Shown piece by piece: positions 22,867 through 35,734 of a stretch of DNA of 64,000 nucleotides. Numbering within the stretch: the stretch's first letter is position 1; the number at the start of each line of letters is the position of its first letter. The notes under the pieces are model-generated. The model saw only the letters and a list, made by a program, of their open reading frames with translations. It was not told the DNA's origin and did not search any database. The stretch comes from Octopus sinensis (Eukaryota): contig NC_042999.1 in NCBI RefSeq assembly GCF_006345805.1, positions 106,888,001 to 106,952,000 of the forward strand, in the 5' to 3' direction. The position numbers and the translations under genes are program-made.

Positions 22867-25644
22867 ACCTGTCAACGTAGAAGATTTCAATTTATTATCC
22901 CTTAATTACAATCAGAAATTGCAATCACTTATATAGATTTTGAGTCAATTACGATATTAAAACGTTCATCTGAGAAGCACTGCATACGAGAAGCTCAGAG
23001 GTGATATTTCAAATGTCCGGTTAAAGGAGCCACCTCTGTCCATGAAGGAATGAAAGTATAGGTTTTTAACCATCACAATTTCAATATCATATTGTTATTC
23101 CCTGCTACATTTAAAGATAAAAGGAGTCAGGTAAATTTATTTGCTTGAAGTTGGTGCCATGCTATATGCAACTAAAACAGGTGTGTAACAAGCCATTTGG
23201 GATCTTATAGCATAACAGATATGTGATGTTTTGTGTACCAGGGTTTGCATTATTTATTTATTGATATGTTCCTCTGTATACCACATTTTGAAGATGAGGA
23301 AATGTAAATGGATCACATATAAAATGGGTGTGACTTTTGAAATAGGAATGGAAGTTGGGAGATGAACAAACCTTGAAAGTTCATATATTTCAGTAATACT
23401 AATATAAAGGTCTGAAATCTAATTACTAGTGTAAAGCGTGCTGTAGATAGAATTATTACTGATGGTGGTGATGACGATGGTGATGATGATGATGACGATG
23501 ATGGTGATGACGACGACGACGATGATGATGATGGTGATGATGATGACGATGACGACGACGACGACGACGATGATGATGATGATGATGCAGGTGGTGCTGG
23601 TGGTGCTGGTGGATAATGAATATGATATTGGTGGATAATGGTGAATGCTGATGATGGATAATTTTGACGATAATAATGATTATATGTAATGAGAGTTGGG
23701 GATATTTGACATTCATGATAATGATGAGGAATAGTTAGAGAAGGAAAAGGGAAAAAAACAACAAGTGACAATAATAATTACAGTATAAACCATGAAAAAA
23801 TTGGTAAGTGTATCTATATTACATATAACATAAAAATGGGGGTTATATTTCCCACAGAAAACAGGAAAAAAACATGCAAAAAGAATACGAAATATATTTG
23901 CATAAGTAGCAATAACTGCTAACTCTTTGCAGTTATATGTCATTCGATTCATCTCCTATTTTATATCTGAATATCCCTTCTCGTGTATCTGCATTTAAAA
24001 TCTGTTATTCTCTTTCATATTTGTGTAAATGAAGTTTGACATTTTAACCAGATTATTTCTCTTCATGTATGCTCATTAATATCATGCATGAATATCTCTT
24101 GGAAAACTGATTATCTCACAAAAGCTGTGTTATCACACCAAAAATAAAACCTATTTACTCAGTAATGGTAGTGTTTGATTAAGATGGGAAGCAGTTGCTA
24201 GGAAAGTGTGGATGCAGAAATATTTGAAAATGTACGTGAAAGCTGACAACAAAATCACTGATACATCATGGAGATGGAGATGGATCCACTTCCATTGTTC
24301 TAAAGACTTCCTCTATGTTTGGTTGAAATATAGGTGTAAATGGAAACATATATATATTTACGAAAAGAGAGAAAAATGCCATATTGGGATGGAATAAATT
24401 ATGCTTATTTGTTGGATTGTTTACATGCAAAAATGTAGATTTCATTTTTTTTATAAATGTTACAACCTGTGGCCATATATTTTTGGTAAAGCAATCATAA
24501 AAACACCATGCTTTTCTAATGACTTAACTCCAGGGGAATAATACACATGTTGAGAATTTTGTTTTTAGCATGCTTAAATTTATATCAATACCTTGATGAC
24601 AAATCCTTTGATTGATCCACATGCAAATCAGTATTAAGTTAAAAATAACATCATCTAACTTCAAATAAATGAAGATTATTGAACTTGTTTTTAATGAAGG
24701 CATTTTCTAGTGTGTGCTTACAGCAAGTATGAAACCATTTTAAGTCATTTATATGCTCAATATTATTTGCTGTGAAATATAACGCACAGCTGTATTATTT
24801 TACATATAACTCTCAACAAATTTCCAAAAACACATATTAAATTCTAATTAACCATTTTTTCTCCCCCATTTGAAATGTTATCAATATAACTTGATAGAAA
24901 CAAATATTGGAATATTTTCATTATCGTTATTCTTTTTTTTTTAACATTTCAAAAGATTTTTTTCTTTTTAGTTCAATAAAATTGCAAATTTATATTATAA
25001 CATTCAGCAAGTGAAGAAAAAAATATAGAGATTACGAATGTTAAATATATTATTTTCTTTTCTTATCCTCTAAGAAGGAACTTATCAAAATATATAGTGA
25101 AAATAATCCCAAGTTTGATTGGCTTTACAATCTTAAATCCATACAAGCATCATTTTATTACAAGAAAAATACAAATAAACAAGTATTTATCACTTCCAGA
25201 TATTTCTAATTCAAGGATAGAATTTCTCATTTACTATAGTACTAAGCAAAGCAGTTGTATATTTTATTTTTGTATTTATTTATTGTTTGTTGAACTCATA
25301 ATGCATATCATGACATGTTGAGGAGATCCTGCTGTAAGATTTTTACTTGTTTGTAAAATTTTTGGTTAGTTGTTTCATTCATAATTTTAGCATTTTCTTG
25401 AAATAAGATTTCTGATATTCTAAATATATTATTTATAAGCAAATAAACATGTTTACAAAACCCTTATGTTACTTAAAGAATTTCCTCTCATGAATATTGA
25501 TAATTTTAAATTGATTACATTTATGGTTACAGGACCGTTAACTAACACACACATATGAAGCATAATACATACATACATGTACACATATATGCAAACATGC
25601 ATGTACACCCACACACATGTGAACATACACACATACACACTCAC

Positions 25645-25685
<41 letters not shown>

Positions 25686-25998
25686 CATACAGGCAGATAT
25701 AAGTTAACAGCCTTGTATAAACATGCAAGCATAGAGAAATTAATGTACAAAGTACACATATCGGCACTAACTAAAAGAGATATAAAAACACAAAAATGCA
25801 ATATCATATCCGTAAAAGTACAAATATCCACACAAATAAATAGAAAGAGTAATCTAGATATCTAGTTTCAGAATCCAGTTAGATGAAGTTATATATCTTA
25901 GTTTAATTGCATCATTAAAATAATTAAGTAAAATTTTGATTAGATGCACACTACAGTGCAAATCTAATAAATGGTGACACATACAGTTAAATTCATGT

Positions 25999-26050
<52 letters not shown>

Positions 26051-26052
<2 letters not shown>

Positions 26053-26767
26053 GCTGTTTTTACTGAGATCTCCCTTTTTAGTAGAAGAAATAGCTATAAC
26101 CCTTTGACTGCTATTTCTAAATTCGGTATGTGGTAAGGCAACTCGTTGCTAAACCCTTATTGCTTAGTATTACTTAAATTTTCCTCGAATGAGGCTTTTA
26201 CATGCCGAAGACTACTTGGTGTAATTGATAATTTTTCCAAATTAATTAATTTCACCCTTCATTATTACGGATAACCATATTTTATCTCAGTAGATGACCA
26301 CAGCATCTTGTTTTGGCTACACGCGGGTGGGAAGGGGCTGTTGACACAATCGTTTCATTCACAAATTGAATTCGGTGATACCAGTTGCGGATTCTAGCTC
26401 GCTCTGATACTGAGTTGAGTTGGTGCCTTCTGGTATCTCAAAATTCAATATATAATCATTTATGATTATAGTATTCTACGCTGAAGAGAAAAGAAGTTTC
26501 GGTAAGATAGAATTATTTAATATTTAATATTTAATTCTTATGCTTTCCTAAAAACTTGATTTCGAAACGTACGTCCGTGGATAACTAAAAAAATGTATGA
26601 TAGATTGCAGTCAATTCATTCTCTCTTACCTGTTTGTGTCTGCCTTCCAAATGCTGTTTTTACTGAGATCTCCCTTTTTAGTAGAAGAAATAGCTATAAC
26701 CCTTTGACTGCTATTTCTAAATTCGGTATGTGGTAAGGCAACTCGTTGCTAAACCCTTATTGCTTAG

Positions 26768-26770
<3 letters not shown>
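26051..26770 (+). mobile_element. Non-coding HHR-bearing element: 600-bp unit plus exact 120-bp terminal direct repeat (retrozyme/PLE pseudo-LTR-like)
   Basis: 26051-26170 is identical to 26651-26770 (period 600). Flanked on both sides by (TA)n. Internal HHR and several hairpins; no ORF of 60 aa or more. Confidence 0.8.
26475..26581 (+). ncRNA. Type I hammerhead ribozyme with extended stem II, complete core
   Basis: UCUACG-CUGAAGA(26481-26487)-GAAA...76-nt stem II...UUUC-GAAAC(26564-26568)-GUAC-GUC^CGUGGA. Six-bp stem I, G10.1-C11.1 pair, palindromic stem III ACGUACGU, canonical GUC site at 26573-26575. Confidence 0.85.
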
Positions 26771-26809
<39 letters not shown>

Positions 26810-27074
26810 CACACACACACATATATATATATATATAGCTCTTATTTCTAGCATTGTAGGTGTTCTCACACCCTAGTTATATTTAGTGACAATTATAGTT
26901 TTCTTTTTTGGTAGCACATTGCACATGGCTGTCTATATTAATTTATTTATATATATATATATATACACAGTAAAGCTCCTCCTCTATACACAGTTATGCA
27001 CACGCACATATATAACATATAATATATGTATATACACATATGTACATATACATGTATACATACCTTCTTCCATC

Positions 27075-27320
27075 TTTTTACTTTTACTTGTTTCAGTCAT
27101 TAGACTGCGGCCATGCTGGGGCACTGCCTTTGGGAATTTAGTCAAACAAACCAACCTCAGTACTTATTTTATTTTTCTTGAGCCTGGTACTTATTCTATT
27201 GGCTTTTTTGCTAAACAGCTAAGTTACAGGCCCTTGGTTGGCTCAATGAGGTGCCATGCAGTGGGACTGAATCTGGAACCATGTGGTTTGGAAGCAAACT
27301 TCTTACCACACAGCCAGGAT
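27075..27320 (-). mobile_element. Family A SINE with internal deletion
   Basis: Tail TTACTTGTTTCAGTCATTAGACTGCGGCCATGCTGG and head GCAGTGGGACTGAATCTGGAACCATGTGG...CCACACAGCC. Confidence 0.8.
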
Positions 27321-27328
27321 TGTAATGC

Positions 27329-27359
<31 letters not shown>

Positions 27360-27383
27360 ATATTATATATTATATATATATAT

Positions 27384-27475
<92 letters not shown>

Positions 27476-27524
27476 AATGCATTACAATAAGCACAAAATA
27501 GTAGTGGTAGTTTCCCATCCAACC

Positions 27525-28959
27525 ATGAATCCATTTAGTTTATTATTCTAAAGAACTTTTATGCCAAAGTCTTCTTCAGCTACAAATAAAGCCCAAATAA
27601 AATAAATTCCAAATAGGCAACAGGTACATTGACATTATCCATTGAAAAACTTTCCTTACTCCTTACCAACACCATGAGTCTAGAACAGTGAACTGCTGTG
27701 CATCTGCCATCAACTTGTTGCTTAAGCTAACAAACAAACCACCCTATGGGATTTACCTGGATGTACTTTGTGGATTTTTATCTATCTACATGTAAATCTA
27801 TCTTGCTGAAAACCCCTGATTTCAGAGAGAAGTTGTTACAATTACTAATTTAGACACCAGAATAATAAACACGATTATGTTACTATTATACTATAAAGAT
27901 ACCCACTTAGTCAGCAAGATAGTGAAGGTTTGTTCAATGTCTGCTTCGAGAAGTTTAACCTTTGAATAAGAATGAATCTGAAGTGGCTAATATGATTACC
28001 TACCTTTGCTACAGTCAGAGGCTTCACTCACACAGCCTTGGAGTGTATAGAGATAATGGCTTAGCAGTTTTATGCAATATTAACCAACATTCATGATTTA
28101 AAGGGTTATTTAAGGAGTAAACTTAATCAGTAACACTAGTTTAATAATAGCCAATTTTCCAGATGTAATATAAGATTAAAAATACAGGCCTTTGTAGTTA
28201 AATCCTCTATTATGATGATGATGATGATTACATCCAGTGTTACTTATCTCCAGCAGAAAGTCGCATGAAGACTTTATGTATATCTAAAGAAATTTTTAAC
28301 TACTGCTCATCTACAACTGGGAATCATGCAGATGTTTCTGGTATATCCTTGGACTAGAGCATATTTCTCATGACTGTCTCCAACTATAATGTTACACCAG
28401 CTACAAGATGCTTCAGCATGAAACTTGTATACATGGAAAATCTCTATTGCACACTGGAATAGATCCAAGGTGAGAACATGGCTTAATCGCCATTAGGTTG
28501 GATGTTATCATGATCAAAGCCATAAACATTCTAACTTGATTAAGACAACACTTTTCACTAGCATGCAAGTACAATAAACTTTCCTACATGCACAACATTG
28601 AGATTATTGAGTTATTTCTACCGAGGAAATATCACTCTGCAGATCACACACTACTATAAAAAATAAACAACCTCACATTCCCATGCCAACACAATTATGT
28701 CTGTCAAAATGTTACCATTTGCTGAATCAGATTTTTCTTTTTCTCTAAAGTAGTTGTATATCTAACATCCATAACATGCCTGGGTAATATTGGAAGAGTA
28801 TTACATAGAATTCCTTGTAATCACTTTTCAAGAATGAAACACCCCACAACATTTTTTGCTCATTTAGATCAAGGAATAGGAAAATGCCCATATTTCTGTC
28901 CTAATTCATCAGGAAACGTTCAAACCAAGTATCTGAATGCCACACAATAATGGTAGTGA

Positions 28960-29006
<47 letters not shown>

Positions 29007-29330
29007 CATGGAGCTTAGTCCATAAAACCACTTTCATACATCAGTGGATCAAGAAAGCACAAGACTCACCTAACAGAAATGTTCCAGATATTAAAGCAAT
29101 CAGAGATTTGCCTTAATCAGAGATGATGGTGTTATTCAACAGTCACCATCAGTGGATATTTTTTGGGGGACAGTTTCCAGGTGCTTAACATCTCCAAGTT
29201 CACTAACACAAATTTATACATTTCATAAATCAAAACTGGTTTGTTGCTAATGCTTTGCTGATGTTATTTTTGTTAGTAAAACTATTGTACGTGTGCATAC
29301 CAAGTCAATTTTGATTGTGTGTTACATGTA
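27525..29330 (+). mobile_element. Decayed Naiad-type Penelope-like retroelement (RT plus GIY-YIG), interrupted by (TA)n at ~28962-29004
   Basis: Ordered broken motifs: VDFYLSTCKSILLK (27771), LFNV, LGVYRDNGLAVL (28037-28072; cf. GLYRDDGL), NTSLIIANFPDV, RQHFSLACKYNKL, KVVVY, and TWSLVHK...YISGSRKHKTHLTE...CLNQR (29005-29120). Confidence 0.75.
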
Positions 29331-30944
29331 AAATATACATACACATGTCTGCAGAAGACCCACCCATTTACACTATGATACAAGATACACTGTACACATA
29401 ACTCAAAGAGCTACCTCTGCTACACACACACAATCACACTGAGTTTGTTTGAGAATTATCATATTAAAAAAATGACATTGAATGAATTCTCTTTTTGAGG
29501 ATTTTGTATCACAGTATAAGTGCCTCAGTATTCCCCAGATATGTAGAATACTCTTCCACTCACACAACGAACTGGCATTAATTCAATGTCATTTTCTCCA
29601 AATCTATGAATGCCAAAATTAATCTGTTTGATTGTGATAGATGTCACATTGTTAGTTTAGTTTTGCCAATGTTAAGAATTATCTTCTGCAACAGAACTTC
29701 TTACATTCACAACTGATTAGATTCACACCACAGGGAATGAGAACTTATATTAGAAGTTGATATTAGAATTTCTGAAAGTAATAAAAATTGTTTTAAATTT
29801 TAGTTTTATTTTCTATGAATCTTAGATAACATATAACCTATACCAGTGATGCACTTCTAAACAACTCTTTATGTGGTATGATTTTAATGGTAAAGTCAAG
29901 GAAGAAAACAGTGCCATGTGCTACTTTCCTTCCTGACTTGACTTTTCAGGTTCTTCTTGAGACTGATATGTGGTACATTTAATTTGAGTATTCATAAATC
30001 AAAAGATAGGTGAAGGTGGAAGCTGATTTTAGTGGGTTACATTTTAGGAAGAAATGACTGGATAATTATTATAGTGGAGTTTCAGAAGTGAAGTACAGTA
30101 AAAGTGATGAGAAAAAGAGTAGATATTGTGTTGGGTAGGCTTGAATGGTAGTGATGCTTAAAAGGATGCTTCGGATACTGACTGAGGTACACCGTGCCAT
30201 GAAATGTATAAAAAAGTGGGTGTGGGGGTCGGGATTGTCTGACTGGACTACTTTATGTCATAGACTATATCTGTTATGATCTTGCTCAGTCTGCTGAAAA
30301 TGGCAAGAAATTTTCTTTTATAATAGCTACCAACTTTAGAATAAATTAGCATGGTCATAGCTGAAACATTCTTGATCATGGGCCTGATCTGTGGCTAAAC
30401 AACAGCAACAACATTCAGTTGATTATTCTTAGGCATTCAGTGTTAAACAACAGTGACAGAATACAAAGCACTGTCCTTGCAGTCAGTTGTATGATACTCC
30501 ACAAACTCCACAATCCATATACCTTTCCATTATTACAAATACTTTCATCACCAAATGCTCTTTCAATAGCCATCAACATGAGTACAACCATGGTTGTGTG
30601 ATTAAGGAATTTGTTTTACAACCATGTAATTCTATCGACATTCTCACTACATAGATGATGCCTTAGATCATATGCCTTATTAGTTTAAAATTTTTTTAAA
30701 ATTTTAATAAGGTATCAGGGAATTTATTTGAAATATAAAATAGATGAGATATCTGAATACTTATTCATGCTTCTAAATTCAAAACCTGTTGAGGTTGAAT
30801 TAGTTTTACATTGAAAGGTTTGGGTATTTTACCTGACAATCTAGGGATTATGTGAATGAATATTGTTAAATATAGATTATGTATGTTTGTATGCATAAAT
30901 ATATGAATCTAAGCATATCACTGCTGTTATATATATATATATAT

Positions 30945-31534
30945 AAAGAGTGAGAGAGAGAGAGAGAGAGTGAGTATATATGCTTGGGTGCGTAAATGTA
31001 TGCATGAATCTGAGCAGAGCAATGCAGTTATGTTGGTGTAGTTGTATATTTACATATGAATATTAAAGTATATGTATTTCTATACTAACACTTCCATGAA
31101 GTGCCTTGTGGTGTAACCCATTCTTTTGTACAAATACTTTGTGTTTCTATCAAGTACTTCTTTTTTATAAATGATACATGAATCACAAATATCTATTTTC
31201 ATACATATGTGTGTATATATACCTACATATATATATATATATTATATATATATATAAAGAGTGAGAGAGAGAGAGAGAGAGTGAGTATATATGCTTGGGT
31301 GCGTAAATGTATGCATGAATCTGAGCAGAGCAATGCAGTTATGTTGGTGTAGTTGTATATTTACATATGAATATTAAAGTATATGTATTTCTATACTAAC
31401 ACTTCCATGAAGTGCCTTGTGGTGTAACCCATTCTTTTGTACAAATACTTTGTGTTTCTATCAAGTACTTCTTTTTTATAAATGATACATGAATCACAAA
31501 TATCTATTTTCATACATATGTGTGTATATATACC

Positions 31535-31538
<4 letters not shown>
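30945..31538. repeat. Exact 283-bp direct duplication (30945-31227 / 31256-31538), bounded by (TA)n
   Basis: Both copies read identically, period 311. Confidence 0.9.
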
Positions 31539-31590
<52 letters not shown>

Positions 31591-32739
31591 CACATACATA
31601 TATATGGCTTTCAATCAATGTAAATAAGTTTATTTACTTGTTTCCTGCTATTTATACATATATTTGTTTACATGTATCATTAGCTGTCGGTAATCTGAAA
31701 TAATTTCAAAAGGAATTGAAAATGAGAACTTGGATTTCTGGAATGAAGTGCAGAATACTATATTTTTTTTTCACAACTAGGCACAAAACCCATTTGTAAA
31801 GGAAAACAGGTAATAATCAATTGACTTGACAGAACATGCCATAACTTGAGGTGATATCTAAAAATACTTAATAGCAAACCAATATGTGTCTACATAAGAG
31901 GCATCAAGCATAAAGGATTAGGTAGAAGTATCAGCAGACTTAATATATCTCCATCTTGCTTCACAACAATATTTTTCAGAATCAAAAAAATACAAACATG
32001 GAAATAGGAAAAAAATACAATTCATGATGCAAAGTGTAAAATAAATATGGGTTTAATGGGATGTTGGAATTTGAAACTTATGCATAAAAAGATTTTCAAT
32101 ATGATTTTATGCTTTGATTTTATTTTTGCTATATTCAAAACATGTTGATGGAGTGAGTTAGGTGCCTTTATCACGCTGGCAGAAAATATTGTTTCCAGAT
32201 TTAGAGTCATCCTGATCAAATTCTATAGGCTAGTGAGAAAGTTGTTGGCTTTGCAGCTAAATAACTCTTTGGATAAATATAAGTTCAAAACATGCTATAG
32301 CCATTGTGTTATAGGCAGTTTTTTCTTGTCGATGTTTAGCTTCGAGTCAACCCTGGTCTAACACTTCTGATCAAAAGTATTCAGATCCTTATCATCCCAT
32401 CTTTTTCACATGTTCAGAATTACATTGGCTAATGGGTCTTTTCATATTTAAAATAGGATTTAAGAGAATTAGATTGATGTTTCCAGCAGATCAAGATTTT
32501 ATATACAGAATCTCTCAGTACCACAATCTGTCTCACTGGCTCAATCTGTTTCTTATTTACTTAATACTTTTCCATTGATTTCAGGCTCTCTCATTGATTG
32601 AAAATTCTTTTATTATTAGCTTATACATTTAAGAAAAGAATAAAACACTATTTTTCTTGATCTCTCTCTCTCTCACTGAAAGTAGGTACCAACCATACTT
32701 CAAGAGTGCATTTTTATTTATTTTCTTATTCATATTATC

Positions 32740-33101
32740 CTTTTTTTCTTATTTGTTTCAATCATTAGACATTGGCCATGTTGGTGTACCATCTTGAAGA
32801 ATCTTTTTTCAGTCAAAGTGCTTATATTTTGCTAAGCCTGATACTTATTCTAAGATACAGGGATGTAAACACACAAGCACTAGTTGTCAAGAGGTAGGGG
32901 AGGGAGGCACAGACACACATACATACACACACAAATATACGATGGGCTTCTTTCAGTTTCCATCTACCAAATCCACTCACAAGGCTTTGGTCGGCCCATG
33001 GCTATAGTAGAAGACACTTGCCCAAAGTGCCACACGGTGGGATTGAACCCAGAACTATGTGGTTGGGAAGCAAACTTCTTACCACACAACCACCCCTGTG
33101 C
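32740..33101 (-). mobile_element. Family A SINE
   Basis: GGGCTTCTTTCAGTTTCCATCTACCAAATCCACTCACAAGGCTTTGG...CTTACCACACAACCAC. Confidence 0.85.
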
Positions 33102-33334
33102 CTATTATATTGCAAAATGTGAACAATAATGTTGTTGCTTACAGCTTAAGACATGTCAAATGAATTTTTTTGTAAAGCATTGTTCTTTCATTTTTCTCAC
33201 AAATGTTTATAACCTATAAGATATTTGCACACACATAACTACATATATATTTATAAGTATTCCATTTTAAACTCTGCAATTTTTTCTATATCAGGTTAAC
33301 ACGTCGCCAGCTGGTCGTTAAGTGGCACTGGGTG

Positions 33335-33577
33335 GGCGAACCACTTGACAGATTTATGGAGCACCTCAGAAATGTCTAACTTCGCAGTGGGCCACCTGTT
33401 TCTCAACATTTCCACTCAAATGACAATTCCACCAACACCTTTTGGTTTTCAGCATGACTACCACCATTGCATTCCTAAGTAGGGATCACTTTTTTCTTTC
33501 AAAGGCAACAAAGGTTCACTTTTTCTTTCCAAACCTATACACCTTACAATCTCAATTCTCCACCTCAAATCTTCTAA
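33335..33577 (+). pseudogene. Penelope-like (Neptune-type) GIY-YIG endonuclease C-terminal relic followed by a CT/CA-rich tail
   Basis: GEPLDRFMEHLRNV*LRSGPPVSQHFHS then QRQQRFTFSFQTYTPYNLN match the RxxEH...PVxxHF and ExxxIxxLxTxxPxGLN patterns. Confidence 0.6.
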
Positions 33578-33916
33578 TCTTATTTTCTCCCCACCCCTCC
33601 TCATTACACCTCTTCTTTCAGCTTGCTTCTTTGCCCCTACCCTGCCGTCTTTCATGTGGCTCACCCACACCCACACTCACACTGTCTTCTACTATCCATA
33701 TCTCACCCTCACACTCACCTATATATCTGCAATACACTTAAACTATTGCTACATCCTTGCATTCCTGCTACTCTATACCTCCACATCTTCATACATGCAT
33801 ATACACATTTCATCTTTTCTGCCATTTTTCCCCTTCACACCTCATGAACACCAGTGTGTCCACACACACACACACACACACACAGCAACACACACGATCA
33901 TCATCTTGCCAACATA

Positions 33917-34367
33917 TGCAGGAATGGCTGTGTGGTAAGAAGCTTGCTTCCCAACCACATGGTTCCAGGTTCAGTCCCACTGTGTGGCATTTTGGGCAAG
34001 TGTCTGCCTTGGACTGACCAAAGCCTTGTGAGTGGGTTTGGTAGATAGAAACTGAAAGAAGCTCATTGTATATATGTGTGCGTGTATGTGTGTGTCTGTG
34101 TGCACGCAAGTGTGTGTATGTATGTGTGTATGTACACATTTATGTGTATGTGTGTGTGTTTATCCCCCCTGCCATTGCTTAACAACTAATGCTGATGTGT
34201 TTATGTCCCCATAACTTAGAAGTTCAGCAAAAGAGAATGAGAGAATAAGTACTAGGCTTACAAAGAATAAATCCTGGAGTCAATTTCTTGGATTAAAACC
34301 CTCCAAGTTGGAGCTCCAGCATGGCTGTAATCTAATAACTGAAACAAGTGAAAAAAAATGAAAGAAT
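33917..34367 (+). mobile_element. Family A SINE, near full length
   Basis: Head GCAGGAATGGCTGTGTGGTAAG...GGTTCAGTCCC (A/B boxes), TTGGGCAAGTGTCT, internal (TG)n, A-rich tail. Confidence 0.9.
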
Positions 34368-35472
34368 ATCCCCACATACCTACTCCCCATCCATGTACAC
34401 CTTCACACTCACATCTTGCCATTTGCTCACCCTCTTGTCTTCCTGACACATATTCATGTGACCACTAACTTTCTACTTACATGCACATAGACACATTCAA
34501 ACACACTTGCACAAGAATCCACACATATATGCTTACACTCACACACACACACACACACACATCTCATTCACTCCTACATTTCATGAAGTTTCATATTTAG
34601 ATGCTTTTATTAACTCCATTCAGTTGATAAACATAATTAAATCTTGAAATTAAATGGTTTTGATTTACTGTCAAGTGACTCTCGGCTAACCCTGGATACA
34701 TACATATATATATTTATATATATAAAGTAAGGAGGTATGATATGAATATATTTATTTCACCAGTTGGTATCTATAAGATTAAGATTGCTTTGCAGCCAAA
34801 ATCATAGGACTATATTTTACACCTTCTGTATTGGTTTACCATGTGGCTTGTAGCCTGGTCTACTAAAGGAGGTTGTTTTTGTTAGTACCACCAGATTATA
34901 TAAATCCATATATTGTGCATTAAATTTGTGTGTGTGTGTGTGCGTGAGAGCACATGGCTTAGTGGTTGGGGTGTTGCACTCATGATCCAGCAATTGTGAT
35001 TTCAATTCCTAGAGCAGGTAGTCTTGTGACCATGCAACAGAGGCTCATGTTTGTATATCATCAAGTCTATTCCTTCTCTGCTCAGATGTCTTCTGAGCTC
35101 ACTGCTGATGACAAGATTGCACCTCTGTATTTCATGTATGTTCCATTTGTTAGCCTTCTACACAGTTTCCATCTGCCAAATTTAGCTCAGAAAGTATGGG
35201 TGAACTTGAGGATGTAGAAAACGGGAAATTGCCCAAAGTGCTACATGCTACAGGATCACACATAGGAACTGCAATTGTGTGCATGTGTATGGCGTCGGCA
35301 GTGTGCATGTGGTGTATTTGCAGTGTGCATGTGATGTGTGTGCGTGTGTATGTGTGTGTGGTGTGTATGTGTAGATGGTATGCATGTGGTATCTGTGTGG
35401 TGGGGTGTATGTGTGTTTGTGTTTACATCAGTTAATTTCATTTTAGAATGTCTAGGCTAAATTGAAAATATA

Positions 35473-35679
35473 CTTTTTTACTCTTTTACTTGTTTCACTC
35501 ATTTGACTGTGGCCATGCTGGAGCGCCACCTTTAGTCGAGCAAATCGACCCCAGGGCTTATTCTTTGTAAGCCTAGTACTTATTCTATCAGTCTCTTTTG
35601 CCGAACCGCTAAGTTACGGGGACATAAACACACCAGCATCTGTTGTCAAGCGATGTTGGGGAAATAAACACAGACACAT

Positions 35680-35734
<55 letters not shown>

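Noticed and set aside
26340-26362. Antisense GAAAC-GATT-GTG in the 600-bp unit (possible opposite-polarity ribozyme)
   Set aside because: Position 17 would be G and no matching CUGANGA box was found on that strand, so there is no support for an ambisense viroid-like RNA.
26886-27501. YI/CV/HT-rich ORFs here and throughout the window
   Set aside because: Products of (TA)n, (TG)n and (CA)n tracts and SINE sequence.
28884-28915. Minus-strand CTGATGA...GAAA
   Set aside because: No stem II pairing, and it lies within the antisense of a PLE coding relic.
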